This document shows, piece after piece, positions 9,601 to 18,321 of a stretch of 64,000 bases of DNA. The notes below the pieces were generated by a model. That model did not search any database. It was not told where the DNA came from and was given only the letters and a program-made list of their open reading frames with translations. How positions within the stretch are numbered: position 1 is the first letter of the stretch; each line of letters starts with the position of its first letter. Location: assembly GCA_045568995.1 (NCBI GenBank), contig JBJKZY010000024.1:26518-90517 (forward strand), written 5' to 3'. Both the position numbers and the translations under genes were made by a program. Origin of the DNA: Fidelibacterota bacterium (GTDB lineage Bacteria > Fidelibacterota > Marinisomatia > Marinisomatales > UBA1611).

Positions 9601-11310
9601 CAAGTTATGTCCCATAATTCTATTGGAAATAATCGATGGGGAGCAATTTGTTTTTCTAACGCTTCTGATACATCCTATATTTCTTACGCAAAAATTTCTG
9701 GTGCCTCAACAGGGGTAAACCCATCGGTTCATCATGGAGCGATCTCTAGTATCAACTCTCACATCGTTATAAGCCATATTGAAATAGAAGATGTTGTTTT
9801 TCCTATTTATGTTGAAGATGGTTCTATATCGATTAATGAGAGCGTATTGTCCTGCGATTATATTTGCGATTACATTAATGTGAAGGGAGGAGAGGCTCTT
9901 ATTGAAAACTGCACCTTTTTTGGTTCCGATGCAGAAGACACGGATGCTATTGATCTTGATAATGTGAACAATGGAATTGTTAGGAATAATCGTATTTATA
10001 ATTTTAATGGATCAAATTCGGATGGAATAGATATTGGAGAAGGCTCAGAAAATATATTAATCGGATCCAATTTAATTTATCATGCGTGGGATAAAGGGAT
10101 TTCTGTTGGCCAAAGTTCCTCTGTTATTTTGGAAAAAAATGTAGTTGTTGGAAGTAATCATGGAATTGCTGTTAAAGATAATTCTTTTGCCTATGTTACT
10201 AATAATACCTTCTTCAATAATGATACATCTATATCTTGCTACGAAAAAAATGAAGGTGCTGGAGGCGGTTCAGCAGAAATAATTAATACAATATTATCTG
10301 GTAATGTTTCATCATCAATTTATGTAGATGAACTTTCTAGTGCATCTGTAACGTATTCTCTTTCTGATTCTGAACTTTTGCAGGGAGAAGGAAATTTATT
10401 TTCTGACCCGCAGTATTTAGATCAGACTATATATAATTTAGAACTTTCAAGTAACTCTCCTTGCTTGGATTCAGGTAGCCCAAATTTTCCATTGGACCAG
10501 GATGGGACAAATTCTGATATGGGTTCTTATTACATGTACAACTCTGATGATTATCCTTTTGAAATCACTTATGACTTAATTGATCAATTAAAAATAAATG
10601 AATTATTAGCTGGGAATGATGCAACCAATACCGATGAGGCTGGTGAATTTGATGACTGGATTGAGTTATACAATCCAACGAATCAGAATTTGAATTTATC
10701 CGGATTATTTTTAGCAGAAGGTGCAGATCAGTGGCAATTACCAGATACTATGAGTACAATTTCTCCTGGAGATTTTTTGCTTATATGGTGCGATGATGAT
10801 GAGTCCCAAGGGCCATTACACACCAATTTTAAATTAAGTATGGATGGTGAGCAAATTAAATTGCTGAAATCAGATGGGGAAACTATTATTGATTCACTTT
10901 CATTTGGGCCACAAATAATTGATCAATCCTATGGAAGAATCCCAGACGGAAATGATGAGTGGGGGTTTATGCTACCTACTCCTGGTTTTTCAAATACAGA
11001 CCTATCTATCTTTATGAGCGCACAGATACCAGAGGATTTTGATTTATCTCAAAACTTTCCAAATCCATTTAATCCATCAACAGTAATTAGATACGCGTTA
11101 CCAAAAGATAGCTTTGTCTTTTTAAAAGTGATCGATTTAATGGGAAGAGAAGTCAAAACACTGGTAAATAGTTTTCAGACGAAAGGAAATAAATCTGTTG
11201 TGTGGAACGCGGTGAATAACCAAGGATTAACAGTCTCTGCTGGCGTTTACTTTTATTCTATTGAATCTGGAGAATTTATTAGCACCAAAAAAATGATACT
11301 GATCAAATAG
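6700..11310 (+). CDS. Giant secreted CotH-family protein with lamin-tail domains, right-handed parallel beta-helix (PbH1) repeats and a T9SS C-terminal sorting domain
   Basis: 1536-aa ORF with a signal peptide. LTD motifs (IINEFLASN...TDWVELYNSS; KINELLAGN...DDWIELYNPT). CotH-like core VLRNGGDDWE...LFLNGEYWGIHNIREK...NREWWRPRE. Beta-helix repeats NNRIYNFNGSNSDGIDIG.../GISVGQSS.../HGIAVKDNS. CTD NFPNPFNPSTVIRYAL...GVYFYSI...MILIK. Confidence 0.7.
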   Translation: MKFIDLIILFIFLANNVIYTQPVIINEFLASNVRDTPEMQDFDDYTDWVELYNSSNEQVALDEVFLTDDFDNPIKWKIPNGTLIDSEGYLVIWADDYNEGPDHIYTRPYWPWDQFVTQNFHTNFKLNKNGEEIGLFKAEESGTVMLVEEGALWKYLDNGTNQGFEWFEASYNDEDWNSGYAELGYGDGDEITIVGYGNDEDNKYTTTYFRHMFVATDTENLQSLNVRLKRDDGAVVYLNGNEIIRDNMPTGSIYYDTFATDYVGSDEEDDFFSWFLSSDLLQNGENFIAVEIHQVSESSSDISFDLELIGISYSNIVLMDSISFIDQISDVSYGRTNNESGWSFFGEPTPGMPNNTSASTTVEVSSDVEFSVSPGFYESPQMIELFSEDPIFYTLDGTKPGSNDLLYIDPIPIMNTTVLKVRSMGLNKLPSEVLASTYFISEQNYLPTISLSAKPETLWDEDIGIYENEYKQREIPVTIEYFTPENNYQFTVSAGARLGGENIWTKPQKPFTIYTRNRFGQDFITYPLFKNKPIANFSRIVLRNGGDDWEETLIRDPMTESLVAGMMECGYMAYSPSSLFLNGEYWGIHNIREKFDTQYFSENFNVNPDNLDHLEYTNTQSGTEMLVIEGTRDHYNSMIGYIMSHDLNNVNVYNEIQQRMNIDSFIDQVTMTIYCANTSWGHNREWWRPREEDGKWQWLIVDLDRGFNENNSNTNLIDNLKDDYDLFQYLLNSSFFVDRFVQRSAAHLSNTFFAGRINSIVDSLGSMINLEMPRHINRWGNEGGIPSMNIWESELDGIKQFAENRSTTVENQMIDELNLEGTTEVIVNVQPQGAGKVMLNGIPLIHPEGKGNFFKNKPLHLTAFSMPGYQFVGWGGVSDSTTITYNCTMDTTFIAIFEVSNEIILPEVIEQNTILTNTHPYVVIQDLLIPSDILLTIQEGAELRMFHGSNIYVEGQLLINGTEENPIQVMSHNSIGNNRWGAICFSNASDTSYISYAKISGASTGVNPSVHHGAISSINSHIVISHIEIEDVVFPIYVEDGSISINESVLSCDYICDYINVKGGEALIENCTFFGSDAEDTDAIDLDNVNNGIVRNNRIYNFNGSNSDGIDIGEGSENILIGSNLIYHAWDKGISVGQSSSVILEKNVVVGSNHGIAVKDNSFAYVTNNTFFNNDTSISCYEKNEGAGGGSAEIINTILSGNVSSSIYVDELSSASVTYSLSDSELLQGEGNLFSDPQYLDQTIYNLELSSNSPCLDSGSPNFPLDQDGTNSDMGSYYMYNSDDYPFEITYDLIDQLKINELLAGNDATNTDEAGEFDDWIELYNPTNQNLNLSGLFLAEGADQWQLPDTMSTISPGDFLLIWCDDDESQGPLHTNFKLSMDGEQIKLLKSDGETIIDSLSFGPQIIDQSYGRIPDGNDEWGFMLPTPGFSNTDLSIFMSAQIPEDFDLSQNFPNPFNPSTVIRYALPKDSFVFLKVIDLMGREVKTLVNSFQTKGNKSVVWNAVNNQGLTVSAGVYFYSIESGEFISTKKMILIK

Positions 11311-11412
11311 TTTTTATGTTTCCAGAATATTTTCCCAAGGTAATTTTAGTTTCAATCAATATAAAATGGTTTTATTCATTTTGTACTATTTATCCAAATA
11401 AGGATATGGTAG

Positions 11413-13044
11413 ATGTCTAGTTTTTCTATTTTGAGTTTTCTTTTAACAACAGTCAGTGTTATGGCCATGACTTATGTTATTGTATCTAAAATGAAAAAAT
11501 CGAATAGTCCTGTTGAAGAATATTTTACTGCAGGAAGATCGCTTAGCTGGCCAATTATAGGAGGATCTCTATTACTTACAAATATCTCAACAGAGCAACT
11601 CGTTGGCTTAAATGGTGATGTGTTTGGTGATAAGGCATTAGTAGGTATTGCTTGGGAGGCTCTTGCTGCATTTGCTATGATTGCAACAGCACTCATTTTT
11701 CTTCCTCGATATCTTGCAAGCGGTTTTACTACAACCCCAGCGTTTTTAGAAAAAAGATTTGATAGGACTACTCGTTCTTTAGTCTCTGGATTATTTCTTT
11801 TTGGTTATGTATCCGTTCTGCTTCCAATTGTTTTGTATACAGGTTCTTTGGTTTTAAAAGGGATGTTTTCTTTAGATGTTTCACTGTATGTCATTGTATT
11901 CATTATCGGATTGCTTGGTGGAGGATACGCAATTATTGGTGGTTTGAAAACCGTTGCTGTAAGCGATACTATTAATGGTGTGGGACTATTGATCGGGGGA
12001 TTAGCTGTTCCCATTTTAGGTCTTATAGAATTAGGGGATGGTTCTTTTTTCATTGGTATTGATAAACTACTGAATGATCAGCCTAAGTTTCTTTCTGTTC
12101 TTGCTCAAACAAATATAGATCACAAAGTAGTCTCTGTACCTTGGCCAACTCTTTTTACTGGTATGATGTTTATACAGGTTTTTTATTGGTCAACAAATCA
12201 AGTAATTGTTCAACGAGCTATGGCAGCTAAATCTCTTGCAGAAGGGCAAAAAGGTATATTGTTTGCTTCTTTCATGAAACTTTTAGGTCCAATTATGCTA
12301 TGCTTACCAGGAATAATTGCATTGCATATGATGGATGTCATTAATATTTCCACACAAGATCAAGTCTATGGTTCTATGGTGAGGCATGTGTTGCCATCTT
12401 GGTCAGTTGGACTTTTTGCCGCAGTTCTTCTTGGTTCAATACTAAGTTCTTATAATAGCGCATTGAACAGTGCCTCAACTTTATTTAGCTTACAATTTTA
12501 TAAAGGCTATTTAAAAAAAGAAGCGACACCTGAGGAAACAGTAATATCTGGAAAATACTTTGGTATAGTTTTGTCGATTATTTCCATTCTTATTGCACCT
12601 CAATTAGCAAAAATGGAATCTATTTTTACGTATTTACAAAAAATTAACGGTCTATATAGTGTACCAATAATTGGAATATTTATACTTGGTATCGCCACTA
12701 AAAAGGTTCCTGCAGTTGCAGCTAAGCTTGGGATGGTAGTTGGTATAATTATATATGCTTATTTTTCTTTTATTAATGTGAAGAATGTTCCAGAATTTTT
12801 TGCTGATTCAAGTGGTAACCTTCACTGGCTTCATGGTTATTTTATTAGTTTTGTTTTTTCAGTCTCTTTAATGTTAGTTATTGGTCATTTTTTTCCTAAA
12901 TCAAAAAAAGAAATTGATTTTAGTGAGAAAAAGAAAAGTGCCCCAGTAGATATGAATCCATGGGAGTACTCAAAAGCAGTCTCTTTTGGTATTGTTTTAA
13001 TTACGATTGGCATTTATTCTTTTTTTACATTTGTATCAAATTAG
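11413..13044 (+). CDS. Sodium:solute symporter family (SGLT-like) transporter, probably sugar uptake
   Basis: 543-aa polytopic membrane protein. Typical SSF N-terminus (EYFTAGRSLSWPIIGGSLLLTNISTEQLVGLNG) and about 13 hydrophobic segments. The sugar substrate is inferred from the neighbouring genes. Confidence 0.75.
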   Translation: MSSFSILSFLLTTVSVMAMTYVIVSKMKKSNSPVEEYFTAGRSLSWPIIGGSLLLTNISTEQLVGLNGDVFGDKALVGIAWEALAAFAMIATALIFLPRYLASGFTTTPAFLEKRFDRTTRSLVSGLFLFGYVSVLLPIVLYTGSLVLKGMFSLDVSLYVIVFIIGLLGGGYAIIGGLKTVAVSDTINGVGLLIGGLAVPILGLIELGDGSFFIGIDKLLNDQPKFLSVLAQTNIDHKVVSVPWPTLFTGMMFIQVFYWSTNQVIVQRAMAAKSLAEGQKGILFASFMKLLGPIMLCLPGIIALHMMDVINISTQDQVYGSMVRHVLPSWSVGLFAAVLLGSILSSYNSALNSASTLFSLQFYKGYLKKEATPEETVISGKYFGIVLSIISILIAPQLAKMESIFTYLQKINGLYSVPIIGIFILGIATKKVPAVAAKLGMVVGIIIYAYFSFINVKNVPEFFADSSGNLHWLHGYFISFVFSVSLMLVIGHFFPKSKKEIDFSEKKKSAPVDMNPWEYSKAVSFGIVLITIGIYSFFTFVSN

Positions 13045-13051
13045 TAATGTT

Positions 13052-14887
13052 TTAATTAGTTAAAACTATTTCAGAATATTGAGCTTTGGTTAATTGTGAG
13101 TCGTCATGAGAGAGAGTAGCTATCCCTACGTAAAATGATTTTCCCCATTTTGCAATATTTAATTCTCCGAGTTTTTCCCAATCATTACTATCCAAAACAA
13201 AAAATTCAATAATTTTACCCGATTTTTTTATTTTTAATCTTGCATTCTTTAAATCAATTTGGGGTCCAGATTTAGCTTTCATGGTCTCACCATTACTTGT
13301 TCTATAGCCAAACTCGGTATTACCGCTAGGGAACATATTAATTAACCCATGAGCAGAATTTGAATTGAGGCTTTTTCGGATCATGAGTCCTGCTTTAGCA
13401 TATTGATGAACATTATACAGTGAGTCAATTTTTATACTAAAGCTAAAGTCGGTATTTATTTTTTTATATGCATATCGGAACTGATCATTTGTATTCCAAA
13501 TATCATCACCACCTCCATAAAAAGACCAGTTGTTCCCATTTATTTTTTGTCCGCCTTTTAAGGGCCTTCCAATATCTCGGACTTTCCATGAAATTGGTAA
13601 AGGATCTTCATAAGGAGGTTTTATTATGGAAGGTGGTTTTGGAGGTAACTCATCTAAAACAGCTGGTTTATTATTTGTAGTAAGCCAATACTTTAGATCT
13701 TTATCTATAGATATTTCCATTTCTCCAAAAGAAATAAACCAATCACGTATTCCATTGTAAGAAGCGGTTTTTAAATCCACATAACTTATGTCTTTTGCAT
13801 TGGTTACCATGCCCCATGTCCCGTCTCCAACTCCTCCGTTTGCATCAAGAACTTTATAAGACCACATGGTTGCTGGCCAGTGTAGTGATTCATAAAAATC
13901 ATAATATCTCCGCATCATCTCTCCACCACCGGCACCTTTCAGTACAACGTTAAACTCTCCAATTAATAGAGGACTATTGAATTCTTCCATTTTAGCTACC
14001 CAATTTGGCAATCCTTCTAATAAAAATTCTGCGTGAATATATGGGGTTGCTGATCCCCATCCAAAAAAACCTGGATAGAAGTGCATGGTGTATATAACAT
14101 TACTTAGTTCCACAGATTTAATATTTTGATAAAAATCTATTCCACTAGTATGCCCTGGGAAAATCACTAAATGATTGTCATTGTTTTTCCTTATTTCTTT
14201 GTAGCACTTTAAAACAATTTTTTTCAAATTTTTCTCACTACTTCCCCATGGCTCATTTAAAAAGTCATATGCAGCAATCGTGGATTCATTTTTATACCGA
14301 TTGGATATTTGTTTCCATAGCCAGGCAGTTTGATCTTGAAAGCCTTTATTAGACCATAGCTTATTATAACCAACTCTTCCTGAGTGATCCATGCCGCTTT
14401 GCCTGCCTGGAGCTCCATGCATATCAAGTATTACATAGAGTCCCTTTTCTTTTGCAATTTTAATAGCTAGATCTAACCACTCCCAAGCATCGCTTTTTAA
14501 TTTGAATGGTTTTGTATCTGAATCCATTAGAAGTTTATAATCAAATGGTAATCTAATTGTATTCATGCCAAACGATTTGATAATATCAAAGTCACTCTCT
14601 TTCATCCAATGAGATCGATATATATCCATTAGTTCTTCAGCTTTTTCTTTTCCAAATCTATGTTCTAGAGTTTCAATGAATTCATGTTGATCCTCAATAC
14701 CTTTTCCAGCATAGTTCAGCATCCACATTTCTAGCATAAGCCAATTCCCTGTGTTAACGCCTTTCAGGAAAACTGGTTGATTGTTTTCATCAGTAATTTT
14801 TCCATTTTTTAGTTGTAATAAATCACTCCCAAAAAGAGTTGCAAAAGAAACTATTCCACATAAAACAATTTTTTTCATACTGCACAT
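13052..14887 (-). CDS. GH5 glucan beta-1,3-glucosidase-like enzyme with a C-terminal concanavalin/DUF1349-like domain; has a signal peptide and no CTD, so likely periplasmic
   Basis: GVNTGNWLMLEMWM, IRLPFDY, ILDMHGAPGRQSGMDHSG, FLNEPWG (acid/base Glu) and IGEFN (nucleophile Glu) follow the GH5 exo-beta-1,3-glucanase pattern. The start may be the internal MKKIV at 14878. Confidence 0.7.
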   Translation of the reverse strand: MCSMKKIVLCGIVSFATLFGSDLLQLKNGKITDENNQPVFLKGVNTGNWLMLEMWMLNYAGKGIEDQHEFIETLEHRFGKEKAEELMDIYRSHWMKESDFDIIKSFGMNTIRLPFDYKLLMDSDTKPFKLKSDAWEWLDLAIKIAKEKGLYVILDMHGAPGRQSGMDHSGRVGYNKLWSNKGFQDQTAWLWKQISNRYKNESTIAAYDFLNEPWGSSEKNLKKIVLKCYKEIRKNNDNHLVIFPGHTSGIDFYQNIKSVELSNVIYTMHFYPGFFGWGSATPYIHAEFLLEGLPNWVAKMEEFNSPLLIGEFNVVLKGAGGGEMMRRYYDFYESLHWPATMWSYKVLDANGGVGDGTWGMVTNAKDISYVDLKTASYNGIRDWFISFGEMEISIDKDLKYWLTTNNKPAVLDELPPKPPSIIKPPYEDPLPISWKVRDIGRPLKGGQKINGNNWSFYGGGDDIWNTNDQFRYAYKKINTDFSFSIKIDSLYNVHQYAKAGLMIRKSLNSNSAHGLINMFPSGNTEFGYRTSNGETMKAKSGPQIDLKNARLKIKKSGKIIEFFVLDSNDWEKLGELNIAKWGKSFYVGIATLSHDDSQLTKAQYSEIVLTN

Positions 14888-14893
14888 TCCATT

Positions 14894-17800
14894 TTATATA
14901 TTGTTATTAAATAAAAATTTTTCATGAATCTGAAATTCAATTTGGTTTACACTACCATCTCTATCAAAAACGGAAGAACTCCTTTTTTGATCAATAAGAT
15001 TTCCTTCTATTTTTACTTTGGAGTTATCCTTGAAAATTAAATTAATATGAGAATCCGTTTCGGATAGAGTGTATACTATAGGTACTTGGCAAAAAGTATA
15101 TGCTAGTTGCTTTTCAAGAATCTCCAGAGATCTTTTTGTTTTTGAAATATCAAAATAGGTAAATATTTTTTTTTGTGATAGGAATTCTTCTCTTAGTAAT
15201 AGAGATGTGTCAAACATTATGCATCCGTTTTGAACAAAGCATCCAAGTTCTCCAAACCTTGTCAAAATTTCTTCTTTGACTTGCCCCGTCATTCCCGGCT
15301 GTTGCGCTCCTGAATGTGATGGAGTGTGTGAGTACGGATCAAAAGGAAATGCTCCATATTCTTTTGGAGTTTTAGCTGCACTTAAACCATCTCTTATTTT
15401 ATAATAATAGTAACCTAAGCTTTGAATAATATTATTTTCAGAAGATTCGTTGTTTTTTGCTGAAAAGAATTTTTCTTGTGTAGCTAATAGTAATTTTGAG
15501 ATCATATGCCAATAGATTGATCCAATTCCTTCATAAGAAAACATTGTTCCAGATCTTCCTGTGAAATTTCTATGATTAAAAACAAGTTCATAAATTTTTG
15601 ATATGTATTCTAATTCTTCTTCGAATGATATATCTTCAGTCTTTGATTTGGGTAATTGTTTTAGTGCATAAAATAAATCAGATGTGTTTCGAAATTTGGG
15701 GTTAAAACGGAAATTCCCATCAAAGTCCTTTTCCACAATTAATGTATTTTTTTGATCAACCATTTTACTTAACAAAACACTTTTTTTAAGGTGTTCTGGT
15801 TCTATGATGTTTTTCTTTAGGAAAGGAGTAATCTCTTTTTCAGGATATAAAATAAAACTTTTCATATCCGCACGGTAGAGGCTGCTGGAAAAAAGTGATT
15901 TTAGAGTTGAAGCACTATTAAATGAATTTTGTGATTGGCAACTTAGCCCAGCTACTTGACCCTCTAGCATAAGGTCTAGCTTTTGTATATCTATAGATTG
16001 ATTTTTCGAATTAATATTTATTGTGTTATAGGCATCAAATAACCCATTATCTTTACGGTTATCAAGTATAGTTTCATTAAGATGATTACAGATTTTTGAG
16101 AGGAAATTTTCTATTTTATTTAAAGATAATTTTTCAAAAGTGCTAAACCCTGAAGAGTATATTTTTTCCCTGTAATTTTCAAATATTTTTCCTAATCCAG
16201 ATACATAATTCATTCTTTCTTTGTCAGAGCATGTAGTATGATTTATGTTTTTGTTTTCGGTTACTTCTGCATCTACTTCATTGAACCACAATAATACTTC
16301 ATAAGAAACATTAATATTTTTAGCTTTGATTTGATGGATAAGCTCTTTGAAAAAGTCAAGAAATCTTTTTAGATAATACACAGTTACCATCGAGCATCCA
16401 TTCCCAACTAATGCATTGTTTGCATCATTCCACTCAGGTCGTTGAGTATTGAGCCATATTCCTGCTCCTGGAACATAATTGCAAATTTTTGCTAGAGATA
16501 ACACGAGAATTTTTTCACATAAGTTTACGTGATAAATCTCTTTGTCTTTAGTAAGTAATAGTCTACCATCAGATCCTAGTTCATCAACTAAATCCATAAT
16601 TTTATCATGACATTCAAAATCAAAGTCAATCGTTTCTTTAGGGTTTTTCGCCATCTCTTTAAAACTTTTTATTTTGTAAGGAATATTTGCGTAGCTGAAA
16701 ATTGCATCGCCAAATAATTGTTCTAATCTTTTTGGATTAGTGTCATTTAAATGTTCTAGTAATTTTAAAAGATAAATAATCTGATGGTCGTTCCAGTATC
16801 CAATATGACTCCAAGAATCATCAGGCTCTATTACTTCCCAATCAATTCCGTAGCTTGTAATTCTGTAAGGATTATAGCCATCAGCCGATGTTGCATTTAA
16901 AAATATAGATACCATTGACTCCCATGCATTAGGATAACTAAGGCCTAATGCTTCCCAATTTTGGAATATATCTCTCCAGTTTCCTTCAAAATAAAGTACT
17001 GGTTGATCATTTATATCCTTTGTTAGAATATTAAAATGATTCCATGGCCTGCTAGGATCTCCATGTCTTCTTCCTAGAGTAAGTGGAAGGTATTCTCTGC
17101 AAAGTCTCCTTATAGATGGTTTATTTAACTTGTCACCAAATTCTATAAGATCTTTAATGTTAAAAGAATTGGGGAGTTGGCTAATATTGGCTTGATAAGC
17201 TTTAAATGTCTTTTTACTTCTTTTTTGTAAGAATAGTTCAAAGCTATTTTTTTGTATGGTGTAGTTATCAAAAAATATTCCGCCCCTTAAAACATTGTAT
17301 GTAACATTCGCCGTATGGTGTAAATCATTTGTATTAATATTTGTACATTGAAATCCATCAGCCATTCCAATATTTTTTTCAAATGCATTATAATTATCTG
17401 CTAAACTTTTTTCTAGCTCTTCTTCAATACGATCATTGCCTTTTAAATTTAAAATAATTGCACTGATGTCAGATTGGGATTTTTGCACATCGGCAATGAT
17501 ATACCAGATTATTTCGTGATCAGGGAGCAAGGGTTTATGAATATAATTTAAGAAGCTACCCTCTTTGCCTTTTAGCAAATGATCTTTCTCAAAGTAATTG
17601 TTTGATAGAAATGTGCTAACAGATTTTTCATTAACTGAGAGTTCAATATTTTCATTAGAGGATGACCAAACAATATTTGAAAACAGTGACTCGCCAGGGT
17701 CCGGCTTATCCATTAGCAATGCGTTCATGTAATATAGTGCATAATTATAATCTGAATTACCTTCGGATACTTTATATGCATTTGCAAGGTTACTCATTTC

Positions 17801-18301
17801 CTGTTGTGTTCTAAGGCCTACTCCAGCAGGAAGAATATTTCTTAAACCGTCAATTAGCTTAATATATAATTCTTTACCACTATGGTTTAACAACTTCGTC
17901 TTTTTAACAAAACCGTATTTTGTGGATGCTTGCCAGCTATAAAGAAATGTGAGTCCTAGAGTATGGTTGATTTCTTCAAAGACTATTTTATTACCTAAGC
18001 TATTTTTATAAAGGTTCTGATTTTTTTTATAATTATCAATTTGATCTGAGAAAGGCTGCCAAGAGTAATTTTTATTATCTACATCAATGGAAATGCATGT
18101 TATTGGACCAGTGAAATGTGCATTCTTATGTAATAAATCATCTGTCACATAAGGAAATAAAGCATGCTCAGCTTTTTGTCTTCCCGCACTTAAACATCCC
18201 GAACTACTAAGGTACATCCAGTGGTTGTCAGCACTTGTGATCGACATGAGGAAAGGATCAATATCTTTAAAATTTGATATTTTATACAGCTTATCTTTCA
18301 T
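14894..18301 (-). CDS. Large cytoplasmic GH94-clan-like protein; candidate beta-1,3-glucan (laminari-oligosaccharide) phosphorylase, GH149/GH161-like
   Basis: 1135 aa with no signal peptide, encoded in one operon with GH1 and GH30. The segment GIWLNTQRPEWNDANNAL resembles the (D/E)WND catalytic-Asp motif of GH94-type phosphorylases. RRHGDPSRPWNHF looks like a phosphate/sugar-binding segment. Size fits bacterial GH149/GH161 members. Family assignment is from memory and has not been searched. Confidence 0.45.
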   Translation of the reverse strand: MKDKLYKISNFKDIDPFLMSITSADNHWMYLSSSGCLSAGRQKAEHALFPYVTDDLLHKNAHFTGPITCISIDVDNKNYSWQPFSDQIDNYKKNQNLYKNSLGNKIVFEEINHTLGLTFLYSWQASTKYGFVKKTKLLNHSGKELYIKLIDGLRNILPAGVGLRTQQEMSNLANAYKVSEGNSDYNYALYYMNALLMDKPDPGESLFSNIVWSSSNENIELSVNEKSVSTFLSNNYFEKDHLLKGKEGSFLNYIHKPLLPDHEIIWYIIADVQKSQSDISAIILNLKGNDRIEEELEKSLADNYNAFEKNIGMADGFQCTNINTNDLHHTANVTYNVLRGGIFFDNYTIQKNSFELFLQKRSKKTFKAYQANISQLPNSFNIKDLIEFGDKLNKPSIRRLCREYLPLTLGRRHGDPSRPWNHFNILTKDINDQPVLYFEGNWRDIFQNWEALGLSYPNAWESMVSIFLNATSADGYNPYRITSYGIDWEVIEPDDSWSHIGYWNDHQIIYLLKLLEHLNDTNPKRLEQLFGDAIFSYANIPYKIKSFKEMAKNPKETIDFDFECHDKIMDLVDELGSDGRLLLTKDKEIYHVNLCEKILVLSLAKICNYVPGAGIWLNTQRPEWNDANNALVGNGCSMVTVYYLKRFLDFFKELIHQIKAKNINVSYEVLLWFNEVDAEVTENKNINHTTCSDKERMNYVSGLGKIFENYREKIYSSGFSTFEKLSLNKIENFLSKICNHLNETILDNRKDNGLFDAYNTININSKNQSIDIQKLDLMLEGQVAGLSCQSQNSFNSASTLKSLFSSSLYRADMKSFILYPEKEITPFLKKNIIEPEHLKKSVLLSKMVDQKNTLIVEKDFDGNFRFNPKFRNTSDLFYALKQLPKSKTEDISFEEELEYISKIYELVFNHRNFTGRSGTMFSYEGIGSIYWHMISKLLLATQEKFFSAKNNESSENNIIQSLGYYYYKIRDGLSAAKTPKEYGAFPFDPYSHTPSHSGAQQPGMTGQVKEEILTRFGELGCFVQNGCIMFDTSLLLREEFLSQKKIFTYFDISKTKRSLEILEKQLAYTFCQVPIVYTLSETDSHINLIFKDNSKVKIEGNLIDQKRSSSVFDRDGSVNQIEFQIHEKFLFNNNI

Positions 18302-18321
18302 TTGTACAATTCGTTTTATTT

